The notes beneath the pieces were generated by a model. That model saw only the letters and a program-made list of their open reading frames with translations. It was not told the origin of the DNA and did no database searches. From Botryllus schlosseri (Eukaryota), in contig CM119371.1 of the NCBI GenBank assembly GCA_051294905.1, forward strand, positions 5,208,001 to 5,272,000: a stretch of 64,000 nt of DNA, read 5' to 3'. Numbering within the stretch: the first letter of the stretch is position 1; the number at the start of each line of letters is the position of its first letter. The position numbers were made by a program, and so were the translations under genes. Positions 25,280 to 36,597 of this stretch are shown here, one piece after another.

Positions 25280-26285
25280 TCCGAACGTTAAGTACACTGC
25301 GGCTGTCTCGAAACTTTGTAACGTTAGGTAGACTTTGGCTGTTCGTAGTAAATTAATTTGAATAATTCACCAAGGACAGGTCAACATTTTTAGCCGTTAT
25401 AATTCTTGTGTCATTGCATTAGGTACTCGGCGCCTTCCACTGTGACAATTTGTAATAACTTAATTAATCGAGGACCGGTCAATGTTTCAAGCCGGTATAT
25501 TAATTCTTGTTTCATTACATACGTTTCGTAACTTTCTAACGTTAGGTGTGGCTGACTGTGGCTGTTCATTGTAATTTAATTTGATTAATTTATTGAGGAC
25601 GGGTCAATGATTTTAGCCGTTATTATAATTCTGGTTTCATTACATATGTCCAAAACTTCAAAACATTAGGTACTAGGCGGCTTACACTGTGGCTTTTTGT
25701 AGTAAATTAATTCATTGATGACGGGTCAATATTTTTAGCTGTTGTTGTAACAATTCTTCTTTCATTGTATAAATTCCAAAACTTCTTAACGTTAGGCTCT
25801 CTGCGGCTTACACTGTGGCTTTTTGTAGTAAATAATTAATTTATGAGGGGGCAATATTTTTAGCCGTTGTTGTAAGAATTTTTCTTTCATTGCATAAGTT
25901 TCAAAACTTCTTAACGTTAGGTACTCTGCGGCCTGCTCTGTGGCTTTTTGTAGTAAATTAATTCATTGATGACGGGCCAATGTTTTTAGCCGTTGTTGTA
26001 ATAATTCTTCATTCATTGCATAAGTTTCAAAACTTCTTAACGTTAGGCACTCTGCGGCTTACACTGTGGCTTTTTGTAGTAAATTAATTCATTGATGACG
26101 GGCCAATATTTTTAGCCGTTGTTGTATATAACTCTTCTTTCATTGCATAAGTTCCAAAACTTCTTAACGTTCGGTACTCTTCGACTTACACTGTGGCTGT
26201 TAGTAGTAAATTAATTGCGCCATGACATGTCAATATTTTTAGCCGTTATAGTAATTCTTATTTCATTACGTATTATCCGAAACTC
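25280..26285. repeat. ~125-bp tandem satellite, about 8 units
   Basis: TAGCC-type anchors at 25391, 25489, 25614, 25736, 25861, 25987, 26113, 26240; central units most similar to each other. Confidence 0.92.
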
Positions 26286-26984
26286 TCGCCATTTCAGAAT
26301 TTTTCTTGTTTTGATGCATTTGTTCTCAATATACCATCATTTGATCCAACACTGAATTGCTTGTTATAATTCATATCCTGGCTACAGATTTTGTGCCAGT
26401 CGGTCCAAGGTGAAAGGTCAATTGAAGTCTCAGGTCAGACGTGTTTTCGAGATTACATGACGGGCAGAAACATGTTAGGCAACAGGTGGAACCAAACCTG
26501 TCGTATGGTTTTACATGATGGACATGTATTAGGAGGTACCAGGTGTAACCATGTTTATGGACACCTTTATTTTTTACAGTGTAATCCTGAAATTGCTACA
26601 GGCGAACTGTTTAGTGCGAAACGAGCCAAGTTTGATATAGGCTTACAGACATTTGTCATTCTCAGGTTTATAAGAATGAATTCTGATCTAATATGAATCG
26701 AACTTCACTCAATGTCCAAGGTTTGGCGAATTCACTAATTCTATTTTTAAACTCATTTTGTCAAATCTGTGTAGCCATCATTCTAATAATGGAAAACTGT
26801 CTTGTTTTGATAGTAATTCTAATCTAATTCGAAATAATATGTTTAGCAATTATTCTAATTTTAATCTAATTAGTAGATAAATGTGTTGCTGTCATTCTAA
26901 CTGTACTGAAAATTTTCTAGTTTTCCAAGTCTGCATTTAAACTTATCCTGATACTTGAATCTCTTCCTATCCAAATATGATTGC

Positions 26985-27105
26985 TGCTGTGCTACGATTG
27001 TTGATATACGATGTTATTTTTAATTCTCTACTAGTTGCTGACGATTACCCCTGACTGTGTCAGTCGAAAATATTCGGGTTCATTTCAATATGAATATACT
27101 ATCCA
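26985..27105 (+). mobile_element. Solo Penelope pLTR fragment with hammerhead-like core
   Basis: Homologous to the 18165-18290 minus-strand segment; CTGACGA 27038-27044, hairpin GACTG-TGT-CAGTC, GAAA 27066-27069. Confidence 0.65.
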
Positions 27106-27276
27106 AGTAAGCTACGGATATAGTTTACTCCTTCAAATCCAAATCTTGATTCGTATTGTAGTTTAACATCCACAAATCAAGATTCCTAAACAATCTTATG
27201 AAAATATGACTAACTATCCGTGAGTTCAACTGTGATTTTCTAACTAGAATGTTGGCATGCAACCCGTCCCAACGAC

Positions 27277-28755
27277 CAGACTTGGACAACTAGATAATTC
27301 TAGTCGTCTAATTTCACTAAATTAGAGCGAAATGCAAGTAATCTAATTCTAGTCTAATTTGTGAAACGTTTCGATGCTCCAATTCTAATTCTAATCTAAT
27401 TTGTGAAATTTTTCTATGCTCTAATTCTAATTCTGATCTAATTCGTGAAATGGTCCCATGTGCTAATTAACTAATTCTAATCTAATTTATTGTTTTCCGG
27501 AAAATATCTCGTTGTCCGCGGCATTTTGCAGCGAGTTAACAAGAATATTTCTCTGTCGCAGGGAAATCCAGTTTGGGACGCAACAATGCTGTCTGACTCT
27601 TTTGCTCTTGAGCTACTCTCTCGTTTCGCCAACCAGCATTGTTGCGTCCCAATGCCAATCTTCATAACAATGAAAAATTCGATGCTGATTATGGGAGTTC
27701 CAGGGCCGCGAGCGGAATAATATTTATATTTTGGTAATCAGTGCAGACTGCAGAGTCAGCTTTCGATTGATACCAGTCTTACCAAATTTAATGCTCGGCA
27801 AGCCGGTCAAAAATGACCGTCAAATTGTCTGTAGCCAAATGGAAATTGTGACGTGATTCAATTTCACTGAGGCGTGAGATTTGCTTGTGTCGACACCATA
27901 TAGGACACTATGCTTACACCGTAGCTACTTACAATCATGTATTAACTGTGACGAATAATAGCCATGCGTTAGTACAACTCTAAAGCCGTTTCAGCTAGCG
28001 CGGAATAGTGCTGTTGGGCACAGGCGAATAGCATATTTTAAAATATTACCAACAACAATAATAATTTGAAACCGAAATCAATTTCAGCATTTCAAAATGC
28101 TTTACTTCGCGTTCCTCTAAAATCACAAATCAGATGACCGGTCGCATGTGCCCGCGTCTTGGTGATCCCTGGTGAGTGCAAAGCGAGTCAAGCGTGGTGA
28201 ACAGACGTTAACCGTTCTCGAGGTTATGTCAACGCACTGTGATTTGATATAAACTGAACTTGATATTTGCCGTATTTATTTCTCATTCACAATTTCATTC
28301 AATTTCTACATTTTTTGCGAGTTCAGTGATTGTAATTCTAATCTGATTTTAATTTGGAAAAGCTGTGTAGCTTTAATTCTAATTCTAATCTAATTTCGAA
28401 AAAATGTGTAGCTCTAATTCTAATTCTATTCTCATTTGGAAAAATTGTGTAGCTCTAATTCTAATCTAATTTGGAAAAATTGTGTAGCTCCAATTCTAAT
28501 TCTAATCTCATTTGGAAAAATTGTGTAGCTTTCATTCTAATTCTAATATAATTTGGAAAAATTGTGTAGCTCCAATTCTAATTCTAATCTAATTTGGAAA
28601 AAACGGCGTAGCTCTAATTCTAATTCTAATCTAATTTGGAAAAACTGCGTAGCTCTAATTCTAATTCTAATTTTATTTGGAAAAAACTGTGTAGCTCTAA
28701 TTCCAATTTTAATCTAATTTGAAAAAGCTGAAAATTTTCTAGTTGTCCAAGTCTG
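27277..28755 (+). mobile_element. Internally deleted hAT element (CAGACTTGGACAACTAG TIR)
   Basis: Perfect 17-bp TIRs; perfect TSD CCAACGAC at 27269-27276 and 28756-28763; frameshifted remnant KYLVV..AAS*QEYFSVAG..R..LSD..LELL..FAN (27500-27640) resembles the hAT C-terminal dimerisation domain. Confidence 0.9.
28330..28730. repeat. ~41-bp tandem repeat built of TTCTAA hexamers, 9 units, inside the hAT right arm
   Basis: GTAGCT at 28367, 28408, 28449, 28484, 28525, 28566, 28608, 28649, 28691. Confidence 0.9.
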
Positions 28756-29337
28756 CCAACGACCCCCTGTAACGGAAGCGCTGGCGAGCGAGCTCTGCAA
28801 CGGCAACATTCTAAAGAAATTGTCCGTAACGTGCTTGCCCAGGTTCTCGGAAATCCAACTACAGCAAAGGCGTTCTCTGCAGAGTTTGAACAGTGAGATT
28901 TTTTAGGTATTGGCAAAGTCGAGTTCCTGAGTGATTCGAATCTGAATCGAGTATTACGCTTTCAGAGCCTGACCGATATCGTATTTTTGAGCCAATACCG
29001 ATAAGTAGCACCATCACCGATAATAATTCGATATATTCAGCCTATATAATGTGACAAATAGCTTACAGAACATTTCCCAATCTTCAGAGCATTTTGCGGC
29101 CGTTGCTATAGTTGGACATGAAATAAACTAGATAGGCTGCATTGGGACACTTGTAATCAGAAGTGGTCAGTAACAATTAATAGTACGTCTACTTTTTTAG
29201 TACTCAAGTAGGTTTTGCAGGTGACTGGCAGTAATTACTCTCAACTCTGCCAAGTGGTTGTGATATACAAACAGAACTACAACTACTCACTTTTCAAAAT
29301 TTGCAGCTGAAACTAGTACCAGCTATCTGAATTCCAG

Positions 29338-29482
29338 GCATTGCTCGCGGATGATCACCAAAAAGACAAAATATATCGAGAGATCATCTCGATCACAGTT
29401 TGAATCACAAGCACGTTGTTGGATTTCACGGTTTTTTCAAACATAAGTTTTTCTACATCGTTCTCAAGTTGTGCAAAAGAAG
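29338..29482 (+). pseudogene. PLK1: PLK1-like exon 2 copy, directly downstream of exon 6
   Basis: attccag|ALLADDHQKDKIYREII...[26 protein letters not shown]|gc; frameshifted. Confidence 0.88.
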
Positions 29483-30399
29483 GCTGAAAATATTTCCTTT
29501 TTAAAACTGTAATGTTTCTCAAAATGCGGAGGTTGCAATTGCATCAGCTCTGTAACGTTTATCACTAGCCGTCTTGGGCAACTAATTGATATCGAGTGAA
29601 TTGAGTTTTGGTGTATTTCTTTTTATAATTTAGTACTTCTAGTCTAATTCGTAAGAAAATAATGTAGCTATAATTCGAATTCTAAGCACACTTGAGAAAA
29701 AAGGTAGCTATCATTTTAATCTAATTTGGAAAACCTGTGTAGCTATAATTCTACTTCTAATCCTATTCAGAAAAAAAATCTGTTGATATAATTTTAATTC
29801 TAAGCTAGTTTTGGTAAACTGGAAATGTTCTATTTACACAACTGTGATCACATGCGGGCTGGGCACAATGATTTGAGTACTCGATCTGAATCGAGTATTT
29901 TATCTCAATATGCAGTCGAGTAGTGAGTTAAAATTTTTTGAGTAGTGAAATGATACGCTCTTTGCCACAATAGTCAAAATGATTACCAACAGACCTAACT
30001 GAATATAACTGAGGGTTAATTTACGAATGACAATTATGGGTTTGAATGTATTCTCTGTGGAAGGCTGTAAACCTTGATTGGTCGTATCACAGTATACAAA
30101 ACATGTGGTAAAGCTACACACCGTGTGTAACGTACACACGGTAATGAAAATGACATATTTGTGAAGTCGGAATCAACCCATAGCATTGTCACAAAGTGCA
30201 ATGGAACAGATATTGTATCAATACGGTTAAAATATACAAATTTTCTGTAATATGCTGTAGAAATGGCGTGACGTCTGTGGTCGCATTAAAAAAGTACCTA
30301 TATGAACTTTCCCATCTTCCATATTGTTGTGACGTGATAATAAGTGATAATCAACTCGAAGCCTAATACTCGGTTCAGAATCGAATTACTCTGATTTAT

Positions 30400-33300
30400 G
30401 GTGGGTTTCAAATAGTCGACTTAGGCCCGTCGTCGGGCTTAAGCTACACCCCTCAGGCTGAAGTCGGTTTCAAAACTGTGACTTGAGGGGATTTCCCCTC
30501 CAGCGTGCGCTTTGTTAAGACAGATATCCAAGCCAGCTAGGGGGTAGGCTGAAGTCAACAGTGCTGATGACTGTTGTGCTGTTTGTTGAAGGATACTGGC
30601 CGTTCTTCTGATGTATAGCTTGGCAAATCAGAATAGATCATTTTATATTGATGTCAGGCAGTTTGGAACAATGTTTATATCACAAACGTGACAAGTTGGT
30701 ATCATATACCGTTATAGTGGGATTTACAGTGGAATGCTGCAGGGGTCTTCGTATACTGAACGGATTTCAATTCAAATGGATAGTCAGAGCCCTGAGGCAC
30801 ACAGGACACATCAGCACTTCTTCCATAACCGCACCATATAGTATCAAGCAATGTTCCCCATGACCACCATAACCCGCGTTCGCTGGCTCCAATCGATTCG
30901 GTTACTAATATGATATGACTATGGTTACGAGACACGGGAAGTGATATTTGGGGTAAGGCGTAAAGGTGTGCCTAGCGTTGGACTTGCGAATCCCGCCCAT
31001 TTTGGCAAAGAAAGGTCAGCGATAAGAATCCGCTACGGGTAATGATGCTGATCAGTGGTCATGGGGAACATCAGTTAATATAGTGCATGTATCGAAGAAG
31101 CCCCAAGATGAGATTTTAGGTTGCGGCAGATCAACAGATCCTTTATTGATAGCCTACATGCTACGTCAACTCATCATTATAGTTTTCTCGACTGGTTACG
31201 TTTTTTAACTTAGGCACGTTGACGTTTTGACAGTTTGGCTATGCTGTGGTTATAGCCAAAAAGTGAACACACGACGCATCACCAGAAAATGGAAAATATG
31301 TATCATGCTCATTTTGTTGAGCCTAATCAATGTTGCACCACTTGCACGCAACTGTGATTGATAGCAGGGTTCCCCTCAATATCCATTTTCGCTCCACCCC
31401 TATGAGCATTGTCATAAATATGTTTAACTGCTACTTTCTAGAATAGTGCCGACTACACGGAACTTTGATCAATATGTGTCTATTCAACCAGCATTGTATT
31501 GATATTCCGTTCACTGCACGCGCACCGAATTTCAGCATACTGGATAAAGATCCAGAAGTTTCGGAAAGAAAAATGACATGACTTTGCATGAAGTTGTTAG
31601 TGAATTGCTATAGATGTGAAGCAATGTTCCCTCTAATTTATGACGAGTCTGTGCGTACACTCAAGAACTCACTACGCAGACCCTCGGAAAACAGTGCGTA
31701 ACGACTAAAAAAGGGTCATGACTTCAGATTTTCCGTGTGCATAAACCGTGTCAGCACTGCGCATTTGCGCATGTATGCAGCTTGAGGGGGCCATTGATGT
31801 GAAGTGATATATGCCAATAATATTCAAAGTGCAGTACATGCTAACGCTTCAGTAATCCAAATGTTTTGAAATATATGTCAATTCAACATTGATTTTCACA
31901 GATTTGCTACCCAGTCATAGTATCGACATAGTAGCATAATCAGTTCATGTAAAAATTATTATATAGCTGTGCAATGTGCCACCAGAGTGAGCTGCAGGCT
32001 GTGAAACAAATGATAGCACCATTCTTTTGGAACACAGAGAAAATCAAACGAGCAGTGATGTGCCAAGCCATCAAATAGGTATTTATCTATCCATCCGTAT
32101 ATGTGAGTGTGAATGCGCATACCAATATCCAGTTCCTTTTATATTAAGGTTTTTCTAAAAGCACTTTGCTCGAGCTTTATCCAGTTCCTCGCACCATGAT
32201 ACCAACACTGGGCTGTAAGTATGTCATTTCCATTCATATTTATACCATGCTTGATAAGTTGTTTTGTGATAGATGCTGAGTGCTGACCCATCTGATGTGC
32301 CAACTTATGGAGTAGCAGTTGGGAGCTGCATCTGCTAGTTGTTTGGGCAACATTTCCAACCAAATCAAGGTAAGTTTGCATTCATTACTAGGCCATCAAT
32401 TGTCTGTTTGTTATCTCATTATTATTGCTATTAATTATTATCTCATTATTATTGCTATTAACATTCGTATAGTTTGCTGATGCTATGTATTACAATAGAC
32501 TATTGAGTTTTGTATGGATAGCAACAGTATAAAATTTAAAAAATTCGTTGGAAATTTATCAGTTATATCTCTACCAACAGCTCACCGAAGTCCAGGCCCG
32601 AAGTCAACTATGAAGCAGCGAAGATTTGAAAATCAGTGATAAAGCAGAAGAGAATGAAACAAGTTGAGCATGGTCTCAACGTTAATAATTATAGAAGATG
32701 CTGAACAACATTAATTTGACGCTAGCCGAATCTAGAGTCAAAACATGTCTTTTGTACATTTGATTCAATTTTGTTCAGCCGTTCATGTTCGCCTGCTCCA
32801 GTTTTCCAAGCCCCTTGCAATAACTTCGCTATCTTGTGTCCAAATTTATGAACTTGAACTTACTTAAAGCCATAATGCACATTTTACCTCATTTTAACGT
32901 GTCACAAGAAATAAAGCACCAGTATGTTTTGGAATGTAATCAAATGTATTGCAAAAATCTGTAGATCATGCGTTGTCGTGCAGATTTCTCTGTAGGAGTC
33001 GATACTGTGGGAGTGCGGTCAACGCTTCCAGTTGCAGTATGTCATCAAATTCAGCTCCATCTGCCTTGTCAGCATTGCTATGATTGTAAAGGCAGAAGCA
33101 GGCTATTGTCATATCGATATTCTGAGGTTCTTCCTTGAATATAGCCAATGCGCGAGAAATTTTCCTCAACACAAAGCACTGCGCTCTGCCAGAGGGTAAC
33201 GATATGCATGAAAACAATAGTGACTTTTTTCGGTCAAAGTTCTTGGGCATAATAGTGGCGTGAGTAATAAGTCCTCAGTGGATATTCAGCATCTCCAAGA

Positions 33301-33739
33301 GCATAATCTTCATCAATTAATATGCCAAAATGCTGGGCAGTTGTGTCTTCAAAAATCGGTATCACAGCCGCACTATTTCTTCGAATACTTTGCGATAACG
33401 TGCTAATCATTTGCCAGATACTTCCTCGGGGTTCCGTTCTGATCATCCGTCCGTAAATTTCAACAACTCAAGCAATTCCGTATTCCTTCACAGCATCGCT
33501 ACCATACTATACGACATCAGCAAGCCACTCAAAACAATAACAACTGGCCTCGGTTCCGTGTTGAACTCGCTACAGCGACGAAGTAGACAGTAATTACTCG
33601 CAACTAACGGACTTGGCCGAGCGCGGCGCCAAATTGACATTTGAAACCGAATTAAGACCGCCGACGTCTGGCGTCTTGAGCAAGTCAATCACTGGCCTTA
33701 AGCCAGGTCTAAATTAAGACAACTTTTTGAAACCCACCC
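30400..33739 (-). mobile_element. PIF/Harbinger transposon, decayed (boundaries +/-1)
   Basis: ~25-bp imperfect TIRs GGTGGGTTTCAAA..GT..CTTA; TTA/TAA flanks; minus-strand 32970-33690 gives ALGDAEYPLRTY and IACFCLYN (Harbinger LLGDSGYPL / ACCVLHN); empty site in the paralogous intron at 13811-13840. Confidence 0.85.
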
Positions 33740-33930
33740 TTAATGTCGAATATAAAAAAGCGGCCTAAAATGAAGTTTCTAATGAGGAAGGTTCCTCTAT
33801 CCGCTAAATTTGTTGTTAAATTGTTTGTTGCCGACTCAAACAGGTTGCGAATCATTAATTTAGATGTTTCCAACAAATAACATTGTCGCTTCTATTCTAT
33901 TAATCCCATGAACTTTGATATTTATGTCAC

Positions 33931-34573
33931 TTACATATGGAAGTTTTCAAATTATCGCACGTCATCACAGATCCAAAGAGTTGAGTTTTCAGCTGTTTAT
34001 CTTCACAATTGTGCATCATTCATACGGATATGTCAAAGTAACACTGGTTGCAGTCCTGTGCAAACCACTACATTTATATTGCGCAACTAGAACTGCAACT
34101 GCTAACATTTAAAAACCGTAATTAGAACTAGAACTACTCATTTTTCAATTTTGCAACTACAGCTAAGACTATTCATTTTTCAACAATTAGAACTAACGAC
34201 TGTTATTCTGCAACTATCTTAACTAGAAACACCAGTATCAGAATCTGTATCGTAATCTATTTTTTTAAATGCGCATATAGAAATAGAACGAATCATAAAC
34301 CAGTAGCTAGTTGACCATAAACCAACTAGATTGGTAGTTTGTACAAGTCCATCCATATAGTTGTGTAACTAGAATTATATTGGCAGCTGGAGAACATATT
34401 CCTGAAAAACAACATGAGATGAAGATCGAAAATCTTGGCCCTGCTACCAAAGTCGACTCCGACAGCCAAACTAAGAACACTTTTTGGACCACACCCAACT
34501 ATATTGCGCCGGACGTTCTCGGCAAGAATGTACACAGTTTCGAAACAGACACCCGATCACTGCGATTTGTTTT
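33931..34573 (+). pseudogene. PLK1: PLK1-like exon 3 (33931-34037) and exon 4 (34387-34573)
   Basis: MEVFKLSHVITDP..AVYLHN..IIHTD; LENIFLKNNM/MKIENLGPATKVDSDSQTKNTFWTTPNYIAPDVLGKNVHSFETD. Confidence 0.9.
34051..34351. mobile_element. MITE with CAGACTTGTACAAACTAC-type TIRs and ACTAGA hexamer arrays (representative of more than 12 dispersed copies)
   Basis: Degenerate TIRs CAGTCCTGTGCAAACC / GTAGTTTGTACAAGTC; interior ACTAGAACTAGAACTACTCACTTTTCAAAA recurs at 4310, 4760, 14200, 16670, 17690, 18640, 29275, 45450, 49970, 52590, 56320, 58190. Confidence 0.65.
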
Positions 34574-35339
34574 GTGACTATGATGCAACACTCACCTGGG
34601 ATTTACTAAAAGAGGTTGCAAGGACTTCAGGTGTTGACAGGCTTGTAACCAAGTCACAAGGCGCGAAGTCACAAACCAATCTCACTTTTATAGTTTTGGC
34701 TCGAGTCAACATATCCTCGTGCAGTTTTATGAGATGATTGATTCATTTTTCTCCATGAAAATGGGGTATTCCAGCTGGGCCAGCGTTATTCTCATCTTTA
34801 TCAGGCTTCATCATTTCGAAGAACGGATATATTCTATACTCGGGTGAGCCTATGAAAGGTTCAGGTTCGGGTTCTGTGTGAACGCGAACGTGAACCTCAT
34901 GAATTCACGTGACGTCATATTGCTAATTCTAACCCTACATTTCAGTGAAGTGATAAAAATTAATGTACACGATACCTAGCGACGACTGGGGCCACATAAC
35001 GCCACAATGCTAAAGTACATACCGAATTTTTAAAAGTCGCCAAATGTATCAAACATGGCAATAAAATGATAATAATCCTATAAAATCAATATCTTTCGTC
35101 GCTTTGCAAACAATATCGACGAAGACTTGCAAGGGAATATAAGCTTACGCCTTGACGTTCTAGGCCAGGCCGGACAATGTATTCTGCGCCCGAGTGCTGC
35201 TACTTTGATGTTAAGCAGAGTGTAAACGGATTTATCCCCATTGACAAATTATACAGCAGTAACCAACATCCCATTACTGGATTTGGTTTTTATGATACAA
35301 TAAACATATGAATTCGAGATGGACCCCATGCGCTTGCTA

Positions 35340-35560
35340 GATTTTTCACATCAGACAGCATTATCAATTTCATTGATTGGTGTTGTGTGATTTCGGGTCA
35401 AGCTCACAGCAGAGATTCACTAAATATTCAAGAACAGAAAGTTGGATATTTCGAGCAAACTTCTGTAACAAATCAGGTAAAATTTTTGATATTGTCAAGG
35501 TGCATGCGGCAACCAGCGGCATGCATAGAGTGGCCCCCAGCTGAAATGCAATAAATCTCA
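35340..35560 (-). mobile_element. Decayed Buster-type transposase fragment
   Basis: CMPL...KILPDLLQK...NLCCELDPKSHNT aligns loosely with CMIHRYTLACKTLP...QLCKEMDSNHQT of 2756-3904. Confidence 0.45.
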
Positions 35561-35939
35561 ATCAAAGATTATGTAATGACGTGAGAATTGTAATATATGA
35601 AAAAGGTTCACAGTGCAGAACCTACCAAGGTTCGCTTGTGAACGTGAACCTCTGAATTTTCGAGGTTCACACACTGAACATGAACGTGAGCTTCACGTTC
35701 ACACCATCCCTAATTATACTCTAAAATTTTGTAAAATATGCCACGGTTGCAGCACTGTGAAAAATACACGATCGTATGAAACGGAGATGAAAATCACGCA
35801 AGACAGTTTCTCTTGAAAAGCCATCAGCAGTAACTGCTCAATAATACTTCGTAGTTCTCGCAACACATTGAACGACGCTTTCCATAGGGATTCTGCCGGC
35901 GGCATTCAACAGAATGGCCTTCTGAGATGGAAAATATCC

Positions 35940-36597
35940 TACTACGCAGACTCATTTCAATTGCTAAATCACCGATAGCCTACTCATACATATATTTTGC
36001 TGTTTAGAGATATTTTGGGGGATTGTGGAAAAAATGAAAAGTTGGATTAGTAAGGTCAATCACGGTAACCTCGTAATATTTACAAAAATCCATTTTCTCT
36101 TGCGATATACATAACCATTTTTCAATGATAACTGGAAGATGATCTGATTGATAGAAATGACAAGGCTTGGCGTTATATGTCCATTAAAAACGTGAGTTCC
36201 AATTTTGATGCCATATTTGTTGTGATCATGCCCATATGTGTCGTCGGAAATGTTACGCGATATTATTACATTTTCACAACTCATCTTTGTGGAAGTAGCT
36301 TTTCAGCGGCAGTCGTTCATATAAAATCGAAGGCGCGGATTTTCAAGACCCGACTACGTTAGTAAAAAAAGGAAGTTGCAAAATTCACTTTGAAATAATA
36401 AAAGTCGACCCAATTTCTATATATATAGTAAAATCTTAAATACTCAGTTTGTTGCTGTTTATCACTAGCCTGAAGATATTTTTTCATATGACAGATGATG
36501 ATTGCATGATGATTGAGATAAATTTGAACTAACACTTCGAGGGTCCGTGACACGGTCCAAAAGGGGTTCGCGAAGACAAAAAGGTTGAAAACCACTG
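35940..36597 (+). mobile_element. Decayed Buster-type hAT 3' end (transposase C-terminus + right TIR)
   Basis: THLCGSSFSAAVVHIKSKAR matches TYLCESGFSALVHIKSKAR; DNA at 36010-36090 resembles 3345-3420; TIR GGTTGAAAACCACTG followed by TTCTAAAC. Confidence 0.8.

Larger units (their letters stand above)
27248..28892 (+). pseudogene. PLK1: PLK1-like exon 6 split by a hAT insertion (27248-27276 + 28764-28892)
   Basis: After removing 27277-28755 and one TSD copy the exon reads ctaactag|MLACNPSQRPPVTEALASELCNGNILKKLSVTCLPRFSEIQLQQRRSLQSLN|gtgag. Confidence 0.88.

Noticed and set aside
28330-28730. CRISPR-like regular repeats (also 25280-26285 and 10546-11340)
   Set aside because: Head-to-tail tandem units without unique spacers, eukaryotic context, no cas genes.
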